Source of the DNA: Bacilli bacterium
Lineage (GTDB): Bacteria > Bacillota_I > Bacilli_A > RFN20 > CAG-826
Assembly (NCBI GenBank): GCA_028705995.1
Contig: JAQWCH010000002.1
Coordinates: 22,398 to 86,397 of the forward strand
Reading direction: 5' to 3'
Length of the DNA stretch: 64,000 nucleotides
Shown here: piece by piece, positions 8,250 to 18,633 of the stretch
Numbering within the stretch: the first letter of the stretch is position 1
How the letters are laid out: every line of letters begins with the position of its first letter
Translations under genes and position numbers: made by a program
The notes under the pieces: model-generated
Database searches by the model: none
Told to the model about the DNA's origin: nothing
The model's input: the letters and a program-made list of their open reading frames with translations, nothing else

Positions 8250-10217
8250 TTATTTCACCTCATCAATAAAGCGGTCAACTGTTTGAAAATCGACATTTTC
8301 TTCAATCCATTTCCGGCGGATACCGGCATCCTTACCCATTAAGATGGAAACGCGTTTTTCTACAAGCAGTGGATCTTCGACTCCAACGCGAATTAACGTC
8401 CGTGATGCTGGATTCATTGTTGTTTCCCAAAGTTGCTCAGCGTTCATTTCACCGAGCCCTTTGTAACGATTGATACGGTAGTTTGCCCCAATCGCTTTTT
8501 TAGCATCTTCTAAGCTTTGATTATCCCAGGCATATTGATAAGCAATTTTCTTGTTGACCTCTTTGTGCACGCGATAAAGTGGTGGCACCGCAATATAAAC
8601 ATGGCCTTTTTGAATCAAAGGTTTCATATAATGATAAAAGAAAGTTAATAACAAGGTCTGAATATGAGCACCATCCGTATCAGCATCGGTCATGATGATG
8701 ATTTTTCCATAATGGATATCTTCAATTTCAAAGTCTTTTCCAACACCCGCACCGATTGTATTAATTAATGTTGCAAATTCTTCATTTTTTAACATTTTTT
8801 CCATTGTAACGGTATCGGTGTTAAGCGGTTTACCCCGCAAAGGTAAAATTGCTTGATATGTGCGATCACGCCCACTGCGCGCTGTGCCACCAGCGGAATC
8901 ACCTTCGACAATAAAAAGCTCATTAAGCGCGTAATTTTTACTTTGCGCTGGGGTTAATTTTCCAGATAAGATATAGTCATTTTTAGGTTTTTTTGTTTTG
9001 CGGGCTTCTTCTTTTGCTTTTCGTGCTGCTTTTCGCGCGTTTTGCGCATCAATACATTTGCGAACAAGATTAACAGCAAATTCATGATTTTCACGCAAAT
9101 AATAGGTTAAGCGATTATAAATAAAAGTATTGACCGCCGCCATCGCATCCGATGTACCAAGTTTACCTTTTGTTTGACCTTCAAACTCGAGAATCTCTTC
9201 CGGGATACGTAACGAGATAATCGCTGTTAAACCCTCACGAATATCAGTACCATCGAGTTTTTCTTTTCCACGCAGTAAAGAGTTTTCAAAAGCAAAGTCA
9301 TTAACCGCCCGCGTAAGCCCCATCCGAAAACCAGTTTCATGGGTCCCACCATCATGCGTGCGTACATTATTAACATAGGAAAGAACCGTTTCTTGATAAT
9401 CGTCATTACAATATTGCATTGCAATTTCCATTTGCAAAGGTTCAATTCCCTTATTGCCATTAATTTCATAGGTATCTTCAAAAGAAATAATCCCATTCAT
9501 TGGCGTTTTATTTTGATTAACGATGGCAATATATTCGCTGAGACCGTCTTCATAATAAAACTCTGTTTCCAGTGATGATCGCTCGTCTTTAACGAGAAAA
9601 TGCACTTTTTTAAGTAAAAAAGCACTTTCTTGAAGATGATTACATATCGTGTCCCATTTAAAATCGACCGTTGAAAACACTTTTGCATCTGGTTTAAAGG
9701 TGACTAACGTTCCATGCCGATTTGTATTACCCAAAATCTCCATCGGCTGCATTAATTTACCCCCATTTTCAAACCGTAGATGATGAATTTTTCCTTCGCG
9801 GAAAACAGTGACATCAAGCCATTCACTTAATGCATTAGTGACAGATGCCCCAACACCATGAAGGCCAGCGCTTGTTTTGTATGCACTTTCCGTAAATTTG
9901 CCACCCGAATGTAATGTTGAAAAAATTAGTTGAACAGCAGGAACTCCAGTTTTTTTATGCAAACCAGTTGGAATCCCACGTCCTTCATCCTGAACAGATA
10001 TTGAACCATCTTTATGAATCGTGACTGTAATTAAATCACCATAGCCACTCATTGCTTCATCAACAGCGTTATCAACAACTTCCCAAACAAGGTGGTGAAG
10101 ACCAATTGCATTCGTCGAACCAATATACATGGCTGGTCGTTTTCTTACACCTTCAAGACCCTCTAGGAGTTCAATGCTATCTTCGTTATAATTAAGGTTG
10201 TTCACATTTTTTGCCAT
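8250..10217 (-). CDS. parE: DNA topoisomerase IV subunit B (ParE)
   Basis: GHKL ATPase N-terminus (LEGLEGVRKRPAMYIGST...GLHHLVWEVVDNAVDE); Toprim motifs; synteny. Confidence 0.85.
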   Translation of the reverse strand: MAKNVNNLNYNEDSIELLEGLEGVRKRPAMYIGSTNAIGLHHLVWEVVDNAVDEAMSGYGDLITVTIHKDGSISVQDEGRGIPTGLHKKTGVPAVQLIFSTLHSGGKFTESAYKTSAGLHGVGASVTNALSEWLDVTVFREGKIHHLRFENGGKLMQPMEILGNTNRHGTLVTFKPDAKVFSTVDFKWDTICNHLQESAFLLKKVHFLVKDERSSLETEFYYEDGLSEYIAIVNQNKTPMNGIISFEDTYEINGNKGIEPLQMEIAMQYCNDDYQETVLSYVNNVRTHDGGTHETGFRMGLTRAVNDFAFENSLLRGKEKLDGTDIREGLTAIISLRIPEEILEFEGQTKGKLGTSDAMAAVNTFIYNRLTYYLRENHEFAVNLVRKCIDAQNARKAARKAKEEARKTKKPKNDYILSGKLTPAQSKNYALNELFIVEGDSAGGTARSGRDRTYQAILPLRGKPLNTDTVTMEKMLKNEEFATLINTIGAGVGKDFEIEDIHYGKIIIMTDADTDGAHIQTLLLTFFYHYMKPLIQKGHVYIAVPPLYRVHKEVNKKIAYQYAWDNQSLEDAKKAIGANYRINRYKGLGEMNAEQLWETTMNPASRTLIRVGVEDPLLVEKRVSILMGKDAGIRRKWIEENVDFQTVDRFIDEVK

Positions 10218-10331
10218 AGCACTATTTGCTCCTTTCGATTTTTAAAAATATTCTATATAATTATAGCAATTATCACTGTTTAATAATACCATAAATAACG
10301 TGATATTGAGTAGAAAAAAGGGAATTAAAAC

Positions 10332-11036
10332 ATGAGTATTTTATACGCGATACTAACAATCTTAATTTGTAATATCTTCGCCTATCTTCTCGGCTCTGCT
10401 TCCACATCAATCATTGTTGGAAAAGTATTTTTCCATAAAGATATTCGTGAATACGGATCAAAAAATGCTGGTGGGACAAACGCTGGGCGTGTGTTGGGCA
10501 AAAAAGCAGGAATCGCCGTCATGATTATTGACATATCAAAAGCGTTGATTGTCTTTTGGAGCTTATTTTTATTATTTTCAAATATTGATTTCACGCAATT
10601 CACTTACTCATGGGTCCCCACAATCAGTATATACTCTAGTTTATTTCTACTTTCTGTTGGTCATTGCTGGCCGATTTTCTTCAATTTCAAGGGAGGAAAG
10701 ACTGTCAGTATCTTTGCCGGTATCATCTTGGCAACTAATTGGCTATTTACAATTGTTGGTCTACCTGTTTACATTCTCATTTTAAAACTTGAAAAGAAAG
10801 TATCACTGTCATCAATTATCGTATCATCTGGATTAGCGCTTGCTAGCTGGGCGTATTTGTTTCCAGCACTTAATGGATTTGGCTTCTATCCAATCTTGAT
10901 TGATAATCCATTATTAGTGTATTGGATTTACGCTTTACTATTGACAATTACGGCTATTGAACTTATTGCCCGTCATCGCACAAACATTGATCGTTTAATG
11001 AAAAACACGGAAACAAAAATCAAGTGGATGAAATAG
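10332..11036 (+). CDS. plsY: Glycerol-3-phosphate acyltransferase PlsY
   Basis: GSKNAGGTNAGRVLGKKAG motif; polytopic membrane protein of 234 aa. Confidence 0.9.
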   Translation: MSILYAILTILICNIFAYLLGSASTSIIVGKVFFHKDIREYGSKNAGGTNAGRVLGKKAGIAVMIIDISKALIVFWSLFLLFSNIDFTQFTYSWVPTISIYSSLFLLSVGHCWPIFFNFKGGKTVSIFAGIILATNWLFTIVGLPVYILILKLEKKVSLSSIIVSSGLALASWAYLFPALNGFGFYPILIDNPLLVYWIYALLLTITAIELIARHRTNIDRLMKNTETKIKWMK

Positions 11037-11086
11037 TATTTAGTAGTTATTTAGTATTATAATAGTATTGTTGAAAACTCAATTCA

Positions 11087-11121
11087 CCGTCAATTTTACT
11101 TCATCAATTGGCGGTTTTTTA
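11087..11121 (+). terminator. Terminator after plsY
   Basis: ccgtcaatt / aattggcgg stem (one G-U pair) followed by a T6 run. Confidence 0.5.
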
Positions 11122-11198
11122 TTGACTTTAAATAACAACATGATTATCTAATGACATTTTTACATGTTCTTCTTATGCTATTTATCATTTATATAAAA

Positions 11199-11228
11199 AC
11201 AAAAAAAGCAACCTTCTAAGTTGCTTTT
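11199..11228 (-). terminator. Terminator after yneF
   Basis: aagcaac-cttctaa-gttgctt hairpin; the plus-strand A-run is a T-run on the minus strand. Confidence 0.6.
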
Positions 11229-11250
11229 GATTGACATAATCAGTGTTCTA

Positions 11251-11487
11251 CTATTTGCTTTTTTTGACGCTGTTCATGACAGAACGAATTTGCGCTTCCG
11301 ATGGTTTTCTTCCCATCGACATAAACATCGCACGAATCATTTGTTCATTGATTGGCGGATTTTTCTGTAACTCGCGTTGAATAAACCAGCGACCAATAAA
11401 GAAACCACCAACAGCGCCACCAACTACTGCTAAGACAATCCAGCCAACAAAGGCAATTGGATTAAGTTCCATTAAGAAAATAAACAT
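11251..11487 (-). CDS. yneF: UPF0154 family small membrane protein YneF
   Basis: QKNPPINEQMIRAMFMSMGRKPSEAQI matches B. subtilis YneF; start placed at the ATG 9 nt after the GGAGGA. Confidence 0.75.
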   Translation of the reverse strand: MFIFLMELNPIAFVGWIVLAVVGGAVGGFFIGRWFIQRELQKNPPINEQMIRAMFMSMGRKPSEAQIRSVMNSVKKSK

Positions 11488-11505
11488 GTTTCTCATTCCT
11501 CCTAT

Positions 11506-12084
11506 TTAATTTGCCCGACCATCGTACTGACCATTATCGGTTCGCACATAAATTAATTCGCCTTCTTCAATAAAAAGCGGAACACGCACTGTAATCCCCG
11601 TTTCTAAAACCGCATCCTTTGTCGCGCTTGTGACTGTGTTGCCACGCACGCCTGGGGCGCATTCGGTGATTTTTAAAGCAATCTTTGCTGGTAATGATAA
11701 TCCGAGGATTTCACCATTATATATAGCTATTTCAACTTGGGCATTGGGAACCAAAAATTTCATTTCCCATTCAAGCTTCGTTTTTTCGATAGAAATTTGC
11801 TCATAGGATTCTTGATCCATAAACACTAAAAACACACCATCGTCATAAAGATAAGTCATCAGGCGTTTATCAATCGAAATCCGTTCAATTTGATAACCCG
11901 AGTTAAAACTTAATTCAATTGTCGAACCGGTCCGTACATTTTTGACCTTTAGTTTCGCCACCATTTTCCGCATTGCGGTTTTATTCAACAAAATGTCTAA
12001 CACATTATATAGTTGACCGTCTTCTAAAAAAAAGTTGCCTGGGCGTAGTTCTGTAACATTTACCATAAATTTCTTCTCCTTCAA
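11506..12084 (-). CDS. efp: Elongation factor P
   Basis: 188-aa class; KPGKG-like N-terminus and EF-P fold motifs throughout. Confidence 0.9.
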   Translation of the reverse strand: MKEKKFMVNVTELRPGNFFLEDGQLYNVLDILLNKTAMRKMVAKLKVKNVRTGSTIELSFNSGYQIERISIDKRLMTYLYDDGVFLVFMDQESYEQISIEKTKLEWEMKFLVPNAQVEIAIYNGEILGLSLPAKIALKITECAPGVRGNTVTSATKDAVLETGITVRVPLFIEEGELIYVRTDNGQYDGRAN

Positions 12085-12093
12085 TTTATCGGC

Positions 12094-12125
12094 TCAATTA
12101 TAGCAAAAAGAGCGTGTAAATACCA
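12094..12125 (-). promoter_or_regulatory. efp promoter with an extended -10 (TGcTATAAT)
   Basis: Minus-strand reading ctttttGCTATAATtgag at plus-strand 12097-12105; the same ttttgcTATAATt block recurs upstream of lepA and greA. Confidence 0.45.
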
Positions 12126-12143
12126 ATAATAGTCATCAAATAA

Positions 12144-12782
12144 TCATAAAAAACGATTATATTTCACTTCTTGATTGATTGTTGTTTTTTCACCATGACC
12201 GGGATAGACCCGTGTATCTTGTGGTAACTGTAAAATTTGTGTCAAACTCTTTTGCATTAATCGTGGGGCACTGCCATATAAATCGGTGCGCCCGACACTT
12301 CCTTTAAATAGCGTATCACCAGAAAAAAGCATTTTTTCTTGTTCGAAATAATAACAAACACTGCCAAATGAATGAAATGGCGTTGCTAGCACAGTTAAAG
12401 TGAGCGCGCCAAATGTAAATTTCGCTTGATCATAAACAGGTTGTAAGAGATTAGTTGCCTGTACTTCTTCACTAATTTCACCCATGAACCACCGGTTATC
12501 CAAATAATCAAGTTCATTTTCACCAATTAAGCAAGGAATATGATATTCATTTATTAAAGCTAGCACTCCACGCACATGATCAAAATGTCCATGCGTAAGT
12601 AATATAGCAAGTGGTTTTAGGTTGCGTTTGTTAAGAAAATCAATAATTTGGCTGCCCGCCACACTTGGATCAACGATTACTACTTGTTGCTGTCCGGCAT
12701 CAATAAAGTACATATTCGAACGTAGCAAGCGTTCAGGATAGGTAAAAGTTTCAACTTTACCGCTCATAATAATCAATCGCAA
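12144..12782 (-). CDS. MBL-fold metallo-hydrolase
   Basis: LTHGHFDHVRG metal-binding motif. Confidence 0.75.
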   Translation of the reverse strand: MRLIIMSGKVETFTYPERLLRSNMYFIDAGQQQVVIVDPSVAGSQIIDFLNKRNLKPLAILLTHGHFDHVRGVLALINEYHIPCLIGENELDYLDNRWFMGEISEEVQATNLLQPVYDQAKFTFGALTLTVLATPFHSFGSVCYYFEQEKMLFSGDTLFKGSVGRTDLYGSAPRLMQKSLTQILQLPQDTRVYPGHGEKTTINQEVKYNRFL

Positions 12783-12803
12783 AAAAAATAAAGCCCACTG
12801 GCT

Positions 12804-12953
12804 TTATTTCTTTTCCTTATGAATGGTTACTTTTTTGCACCGTGAGCAATATTTTTTTAGTTCAAGCCGTTCTGGAACATTTTTCTTATTGCGGCTGGTT
12901 AAATAGTTTTCTTCACCACAAACGGTACATTTTAACATGACAGAATCACGCAT
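12804..12953 (-). CDS. rpmG: 50S ribosomal protein L33 (49 aa). I translated this myself; it is absent from the ORF track because it is shorter than 60 aa
   Basis: [49 protein letters not shown]; GGAGGA SD 8 nt upstream. Confidence 0.85.
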   Translation of the reverse strand: MRDSVMLKCTVCGEENYLTSRNKKNVPERLELKKYCSRCKKVTIHKEKK

Positions 12954-13086
12954 CTTAATTTCCTCCAAGGTCTACATTGAAGTATTTTAGCACACAATAT
13001 TGATATTCTCCACTATCACAATTGTTTTTTATTTGCTTTTTTCGCTTTTAATCTTGATACTTATAAATGAAAAGAAGGTGCTGAGT

Positions 13087-14136
13087 ATGAAAAGAACAAA
13101 AACACGGCCGATTTTTGTTGGAGCGCAACAAATTGGTGGTCAAGATAAAGTCATCATTCAATCGATGGCAAATATCAAAACAGCAAATGTTGACGCTGTA
13201 GTTACCCAAATTAATGCGTGTGCCGCCCTTGGGTGTCAAATTATGCGGCTTTCTGTTCTTGATGAAGCAGATGCACGTGCGATTAAAGCGATTAAAAAGC
13301 AAATAAACATTCCGCTTGTTGCTGATATCCATTTTGATTATCGTCTTGCTTTATTAGCGATGGAAAGTGGCGTTGATAAATTGCGGATTAATCCCGGTAA
13401 CATCGGAAGCGAAGAGAATATTCAAAAAGTTGTTTCTATGGCGAAAGAAAAGCATATTCCAATTCGCATCGGCGTTAACTCTGGCTCGCTTGATCCAGCC
13501 ATTCATAATTATAAAAACATGTACCAAGCCGCTGATTTAGTAGCAAGTGCGAAAAAACACGTCGAAATTCTCGAGAAAATGGACTTTTTTGATATTGCGA
13601 TTTCTTTAAAAGGTTCGGATGTTAAAACAACGATTGAAGCATATCGCCTTGCCGCGGAAACATTCCCATATCCACTGCATTTAGGAATTACTGAAGCTGG
13701 CACACCGGAAGTTGGTATTATCCGCTCAGTCGCTGGTTTAGCCCCACTGCTTCTTGAAGGAATCGGTGATACTATTCGTATTTCATTGAGTGCCAATCCA
13801 CAAGAGGAAATAATTACCGCAAAACGCTTGTTACATGACTTAGGTTTATATGAAAATTATCCAACCTTGATTTCCTGTCCAACGTGTGGCCGAACACAAG
13901 TTAATCTAATCCCTTTAGCGCATCAAGTTCTCGATTATCTCGAGACAATAAATAAACCGATCACTGTTGCCGTAATGGGCTGCATTGTTAATGGACCAGG
14001 TGAGGCAAAAAACGCGGACATTGGCATCGCTGGTGGTCGCAATCAATGGGTTATCTTTAAAAAAGGCAAAATTATTCGCACAATCAAAGAAGACGAGGCG
14101 TTTTCTGCACTTGTTGAGGAAATTAGCAAGATATAA
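13087..14136 (+). CDS. ispG: 4-hydroxy-3-methylbut-2-enyl diphosphate synthase IspG (GcpE)
   Basis: RTKTRPIFVG...; C-terminal CPTCGRT...MGCIVNGPGE Fe-S motif; start taken at the ATG after aaggtg. Confidence 0.9.
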   Translation: MKRTKTRPIFVGAQQIGGQDKVIIQSMANIKTANVDAVVTQINACAALGCQIMRLSVLDEADARAIKAIKKQINIPLVADIHFDYRLALLAMESGVDKLRINPGNIGSEENIQKVVSMAKEKHIPIRIGVNSGSLDPAIHNYKNMYQAADLVASAKKHVEILEKMDFFDIAISLKGSDVKTTIEAYRLAAETFPYPLHLGITEAGTPEVGIIRSVAGLAPLLLEGIGDTIRISLSANPQEEIITAKRLLHDLGLYENYPTLISCPTCGRTQVNLIPLAHQVLDYLETINKPITVAVMGCIVNGPGEAKNADIGIAGGRNQWVIFKKGKIIRTIKEDEAFSALVEEISKI

Positions 14137-14142
14137 AAAATG

Positions 14143-14172
14143 AAAACCTGTTCACGTGGAACAGGTTTTTTT
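14143..14172. terminator. Bidirectional terminator between ispG and the lipoprotein gene
   Basis: aaaa-cctgttc-acgtg-gaacagg-ttttttt. Confidence 0.8.
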
Positions 14173-14190
14173 AGTCTTAAAATTTAAATT

Positions 14191-15171
14191 TTATTCGACA
14201 TAATCGACGTAGGAATCTAAATCTGATGGATAGTCACACGTTAAGTTTTCATCATTGATGTTTGTGCGATCAATTTCAATTTTGTAAGTAATGCGATTAG
14301 TTCCATTTATAAATGAACTACCTTCTTGACCTATTTCAACATCAAAATCATAAAGTGAATGAGTTAAATAGTGATTAGCATCAAAAGTTAACAGCATTTT
14401 ATATCGATGAATAACCGTTGTTTCGGTGATTTCCCCATCGGTAACAACATAACCATCAGAATAATCAGGGAACGAAGTTGGAAGTGGTTCTTCATTATCC
14501 TCAGCATCTTTAATATCCGACATTTCGCCGAAAATTTGTGTATTTAATTGAACACTGACTGTCGTATTACCGGCATTTTCGGTGGCGTTAAATAGACCAT
14601 TTTCCACAAATAAATCGTATTCTTCAAGAATTTGGTCAATCATATCAAATGGGCTAGCTACAATAGTTGACATAAATAAACTATGGAAGTCATAATACAT
14701 TTTTAATTTTAAATCACTTCCATCACCACCAATGTCTTCTTCGTATTGAACTGGAGCTTCAGTAAAATCAGCATAACCAATCGTATCCTTTAGATAGTAG
14801 GCAAACGTTTCCGGTGCAACGACGGTTGTACTTGATTCTTCACCATATACCTCGAGAGCTTCACCTGCCGTTGTTTGAACGTAACTTAACGACTGTTCAC
14901 CGTCCGGATTTGCCCATTGGTCAAGCAATGTTAAATCAATAGATGCATCCATCTGTGAGGAAACCATAATGCTTTCACTTTCAGAAATCGCACTTGTCAT
15001 CTCCATTTCATTTTTTTGGAAACTCTCAACATGCATTTTGAAATGATTCACTTCTTCTTCCTTTGCAAGCGAATCTTCCATCACAGCTTTGCCTTCCGCT
15101 GGATCAATCTTAACGTCACAACCGGTCAATAGTAGTGCAACAAATGGTATTAAATACGTAATTTTTTTCAT
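14191..15171 (-). CDS. Acidic lipoprotein (hypothetical), paralogue of the next gene
   Basis: Signal peptide with an LLTGC lipobox; C-terminal DYPSDLDSYVDY motif shared with the downstream paralogue; AGGAGG SD. Confidence 0.7.
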   Translation of the reverse strand: MKKITYLIPFVALLLTGCDVKIDPAEGKAVMEDSLAKEEEVNHFKMHVESFQKNEMEMTSAISESESIMVSSQMDASIDLTLLDQWANPDGEQSLSYVQTTAGEALEVYGEESSTTVVAPETFAYYLKDTIGYADFTEAPVQYEEDIGGDGSDLKLKMYYDFHSLFMSTIVASPFDMIDQILEEYDLFVENGLFNATENAGNTTVSVQLNTQIFGEMSDIKDAEDNEEPLPTSFPDYSDGYVVTDGEITETTVIHRYKMLLTFDANHYLTHSLYDFDVEIGQEGSSFINGTNRITYKIEIDRTNINDENLTCDYPSDLDSYVDYVE

Positions 15172-15261
15172 CTTTTCCTCCCTTTCTTCTATTTTTAGTA
15201 TAAACCTTGAATCAGTAATGAGTAAATATATACTTAATTTTTTATTAGATTTTACAATTAT

Positions 15262-15292
15262 AAAAAAATGGTCTTACGTAAAAAACCATTTA
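15262..15292 (-). terminator. Weak terminator after lipoprotein 2
   Basis: aaatggt ... accattt stem (12-nt loop) followed by a T-run on the minus strand. Confidence 0.4.
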
Positions 15293-15316
15293 TAAAGCGA
15301 ATAAAAACTAATATTT

Positions 15317-16261
15317 TTAAATAATTAACGGGTCATAAGTACTTAAATCGGTTGGAAAATCAATTGTAAATGCTTTATCGAAATTACCGCGTGTATAACT
15401 ACCTATAACGTCAATATCAATTGTTCCTTCAAGCGCAAGATCACTTGAAATAAATTCTCCGAACTCGTCACTTTGATACGTGACATCAATTGACCCAAGC
15501 ACTTCACTAGTTAAAGAGCGACCACGCAATTGACTATCAAGAATCAAAGAGAATTTTAGCGTCGAAAACTGGTAACTTGTGACACCAAAGCTTAATCCCG
15601 GCATTTCAAAATCTAATGAAACGAGACCACTTAATTCTAAGTATTCCGCTAATCTATCATCATCAAACGTAATCTCAATGTAATACTCTTTATTCAATCG
15701 ATACATATTTAAGGCACCGACTTCATAAATATTGGCTAACTCTGGCAATATTTCTGTATAAAACGAAGAAAAATCCGTGAGAAAGGCCGCATTAAGAAAA
15801 GAATTAATTCGCGCTCCAACATCAAGTGTATCAACTGCTTTATCGGGAATTAATGGATTTAGTTTAGCATGTGGAGCTAATCGATAATCAATATAGCCCT
15901 CTGTGTTTTGTTCATAGTAAACAAGTGTTTCATCAGCATAATCGATGGCTTGCTCAGCACCAAATTTTGCCGACAAAGAGTCAGTTTCTTGATAATGTTT
16001 AGCATCTGCATAATATGCGTAATTCAGTGTTGCGTTTTGCTCATAATCAAAATTAACGCCAATAATTCCTTGGCCAACAAATCCATCAATTGTTGAAACA
16101 AGGGTAACTACTTCTTTAGCTTGCTCAATATTCGACTCTTGCACCTGGGCTTCATTGATTTTTGAGACTCCATCATCATAGTTAACAGTTTGCGGGCGAG
16201 TATTACAACTTGTTAGGAGGGATACAATTGCAAAAAGTGGAAATAAAAGGTTTTTTTTCAT
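15317..16261 (-). CDS. Lipoprotein (hypothetical), paralogue of 14191-15171
   Basis: Signal peptide with an LLTSC lipobox; C-terminal DFPTDLSTYDP motif; GGAGGA SD. Confidence 0.7.
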   Translation of the reverse strand: MKKNLLFPLFAIVSLLTSCNTRPQTVNYDDGVSKINEAQVQESNIEQAKEVVTLVSTIDGFVGQGIIGVNFDYEQNATLNYAYYADAKHYQETDSLSAKFGAEQAIDYADETLVYYEQNTEGYIDYRLAPHAKLNPLIPDKAVDTLDVGARINSFLNAAFLTDFSSFYTEILPELANIYEVGALNMYRLNKEYYIEITFDDDRLAEYLELSGLVSLDFEMPGLSFGVTSYQFSTLKFSLILDSQLRGRSLTSEVLGSIDVTYQSDEFGEFISSDLALEGTIDIDVIGSYTRGNFDKAFTIDFPTDLSTYDPLII

Positions 16262-16312
16262 ACGAATTCCTCCATTGATATTGTAGCAAAAAAATGAATG
16301 ATAGTTAAAAAA

Positions 16313-17200
16313 TTAAAGGTTTTCCCGCCAATTCGGTTCAAAACGTTGCTTTTTAACCATCGAAATCTCTTTTTTATAAGGTGGACGATCATTAAACCAT
16401 GGCGTTTCCAAAATTTTTGGGATTCCTGTTAAAAGTGGATGATGAAAATATTTTACTAATGTAGCAAAACCAATCGTACCATAACCAAGATTATCATGGC
16501 GATCTTTGTGTGCACCAACATCGTTTTTTGAATCATTGATATGGATAACTTTTAGGTATTTAAGACCAATTATGCGATCAAATTCCGCTAGTACAGCATC
16601 GACTTGATGGACGTCATAACCAGCATCGTTGATGTGACAAGTATCAAGACAAACACCAATTTGTTCTTTACGCTCAATTCCAGCAATTAATTGAGCAATT
16701 TCTTCAAAGTTTCGGCCAACTTCAGTTCCTTTGCCCGCCATTGTTTCTAAAGCGATGATTGTTCCAGTTTGATCAGTGCGCAAAATTTCATTTATCCCCG
16801 TGATGATTTGTTTGCTGGCTTCTTCGACACCAGCACCAACATGGGCACCCGGATGAAGGACAAGCACTTTAGCCCCAAACTCCGCCACCCGTGTCATTTC
16901 ATCACGCAAAAACTTTAGCGATACATCAAACAAATCCGGTTTTATTGTATTACCGATATTAATGATATATGGTGCATGAACAATCAAATGTTCAGGATTA
17001 ATATTATGTTCATCAAGCAAGGCTTTGCCTTCATCAATTTTCATGATGTCTAAAGGCATTCTTTTTGAATTTTGTGGTGCTCCAGTATAAAACATCATTG
17101 TATTGGCACCATAGCTCAGCATATCTTTCACGGAACCAACAAAATAATCTGGTGCAGATAAAGAAACATGGGCACCGATAATTAATTGATTACTCATCAC
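16313..17200 (-). CDS. nfo: Endonuclease IV (Nfo)
   Basis: AP-endonuclease family 2 motifs (IGAHVS..., HAPY, LHPG, ALETMAGKG, CLDTCH). Confidence 0.9.
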   Translation of the reverse strand: MMSNQLIIGAHVSLSAPDYFVGSVKDMLSYGANTMMFYTGAPQNSKRMPLDIMKIDEGKALLDEHNINPEHLIVHAPYIINIGNTIKPDLFDVSLKFLRDEMTRVAEFGAKVLVLHPGAHVGAGVEEASKQIITGINEILRTDQTGTIIALETMAGKGTEVGRNFEEIAQLIAGIERKEQIGVCLDTCHINDAGYDVHQVDAVLAEFDRIIGLKYLKVIHINDSKNDVGAHKDRHDNLGYGTIGFATLVKYFHHPLLTGIPKILETPWFNDRPPYKKEISMVKKQRFEPNWRENL

Positions 17201-18557
17201 TATTTTTCGCCTTTGAGCGGTAACGTTCTTCTTGTTGCCGACGAATATCCTTGCGAATTACTTCCCGCCGATGTTTTTGCTTGGTTTTGGCGACTGCTTG
17301 CTGAACTTTCTTTTTATAATTTGGTTTAATTTTCTTGCTACGGGTCTTCGCCACTGTTTTTTGAATTTCAACATCTAGTTCAGACGTTTTTTTAAAACGC
17401 GGTTTTTCTCGTTCAACAAGACGCGGGCGTTTATCATCAGTAAAACTACCATCTTGGTAGAATAAAAATGAAAAATTTACTTTTTGTTCAATTAGTTTAC
17501 GCGGTTTTGCTAAGTTATCGCTATCATAGATTGTATAGACTTCACCTTTATCTTGGTAGCGACCGGTCCGCCCTGCACGATGAAAATAATATTCAAGATT
17601 ATTTGGTAAATTAACATTTAATACTTCACTCACATGGGTGAAATCGAGTCCGCGTGCCGCCATATCACTTGCGACAACAACCGGAAAATCATCATTATTG
17701 ATGCGTTTCATCATTGTTTTACGTTCGCGCGTAGGTAAATCACCATGAATAATACCGACTTTGATTCCTTTTGCCAAAAGAAATTTATATAGAGTACTTA
17801 CTTCTTGTTTTGTCGAGGCAAAAACTAAAAGAAAATATGGTTGTTTCCATTTAATAAAGTCATAAACTAATTGATGTGAATCTTGATGACGTGAATCGAT
17901 TAAAAAATGTTCGACTTGCGTACTTGTCGCACTCGATCCTGTTTCAAGCACGCTCACATCTTTAAAATATTTGGCCATTAAGTTGATCAAACTCGCGGGT
18001 ATAGTAGCAGAAAAAACCATGATTTGTGGAGCAACTAATGTTTTAAGAATTTCATCAATAACAGGGAAAAATCCACTATCTAAAAGCATATCCGCCTCAT
18101 CGAGCACAATTGTTTTCGCGCTCATTAATGAAGTGACAGTATTTTCCAGCCCCAAATCCTTAAGACGACCGGGTGTCGCAATCACAATATGCGGTTTTTT
18201 GCTCAACGCGGAAATATTTCGTGACTTTTCTTCGCCCCCAGCTAATAGGAGAATGCGAATTTCTGGAAAGTCTTTAGCAATAAGGCGCGCAAAGTCAGCG
18301 GTTTGCTTCGCGAGTTCGCGCGTTGGCGAAAGAATAATTGCCTGAATTTCGCTATTATTACGATTAATCTTATTAAAAATTGGCACAAGAAAAGCGTGCG
18401 TTTTGCCACTTCCTGTTGGTGAACGTGCAATAAGAGACGTACCGCGAAGTGCCGGTGGAATCACAACTTCTTGAATTGGAGTTAAATCAATATAGCCAAG
18501 CGAAGTGATCGTGCTTAAAAGGTCAGCTTGTAAGTCAAATTGTGTAAATTTTGCCAT
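17190..18557 (-). CDS. cshB: DEAD-box ATP-dependent RNA helicase (CshB-like)
   Basis: Q-motif; PTGSGKT; DEAD (VLDEADMLLD); SAT; HRAGRTGR; basic C-terminal tail; adjacent to nfo as B. subtilis yqfR-yqfS. Confidence 0.85.
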   Translation of the reverse strand: MAKFTQFDLQADLLSTITSLGYIDLTPIQEVVIPPALRGTSLIARSPTGSGKTHAFLVPIFNKINRNNSEIQAIILSPTRELAKQTADFARLIAKDFPEIRILLLAGGEEKSRNISALSKKPHIVIATPGRLKDLGLENTVTSLMSAKTIVLDEADMLLDSGFFPVIDEILKTLVAPQIMVFSATIPASLINLMAKYFKDVSVLETGSSATSTQVEHFLIDSRHQDSHQLVYDFIKWKQPYFLLVFASTKQEVSTLYKFLLAKGIKVGIIHGDLPTRERKTMMKRINNDDFPVVVASDMAARGLDFTHVSEVLNVNLPNNLEYYFHRAGRTGRYQDKGEVYTIYDSDNLAKPRKLIEQKVNFSFLFYQDGSFTDDKRPRLVEREKPRFKKTSELDVEIQKTVAKTRSKKIKPNYKKKVQQAVAKTKQKHRREVIRKDIRRQQEERYRSKAKNSDE

Positions 18558-18633
18558 GATAAACTCCTTTGCGTCCATTATACAAGAAAATCGATTAATT
18601 TATGTTAAAATTAGCTTGAAAGCAGGTGAAAAT

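Noticed and set aside
5633-10217. The two topoisomerase genes could have been called gyrA/gyrB
   Set aside because: The B-A gene order, the KPVQRRI motif, the adjacent plsY and yneF (Bacillus yneS-parE-parC neighbourhood) and the absence of dnaA/dnaN/recF all favour topoisomerase IV (parE/parC). This remains an inference without phylogeny.
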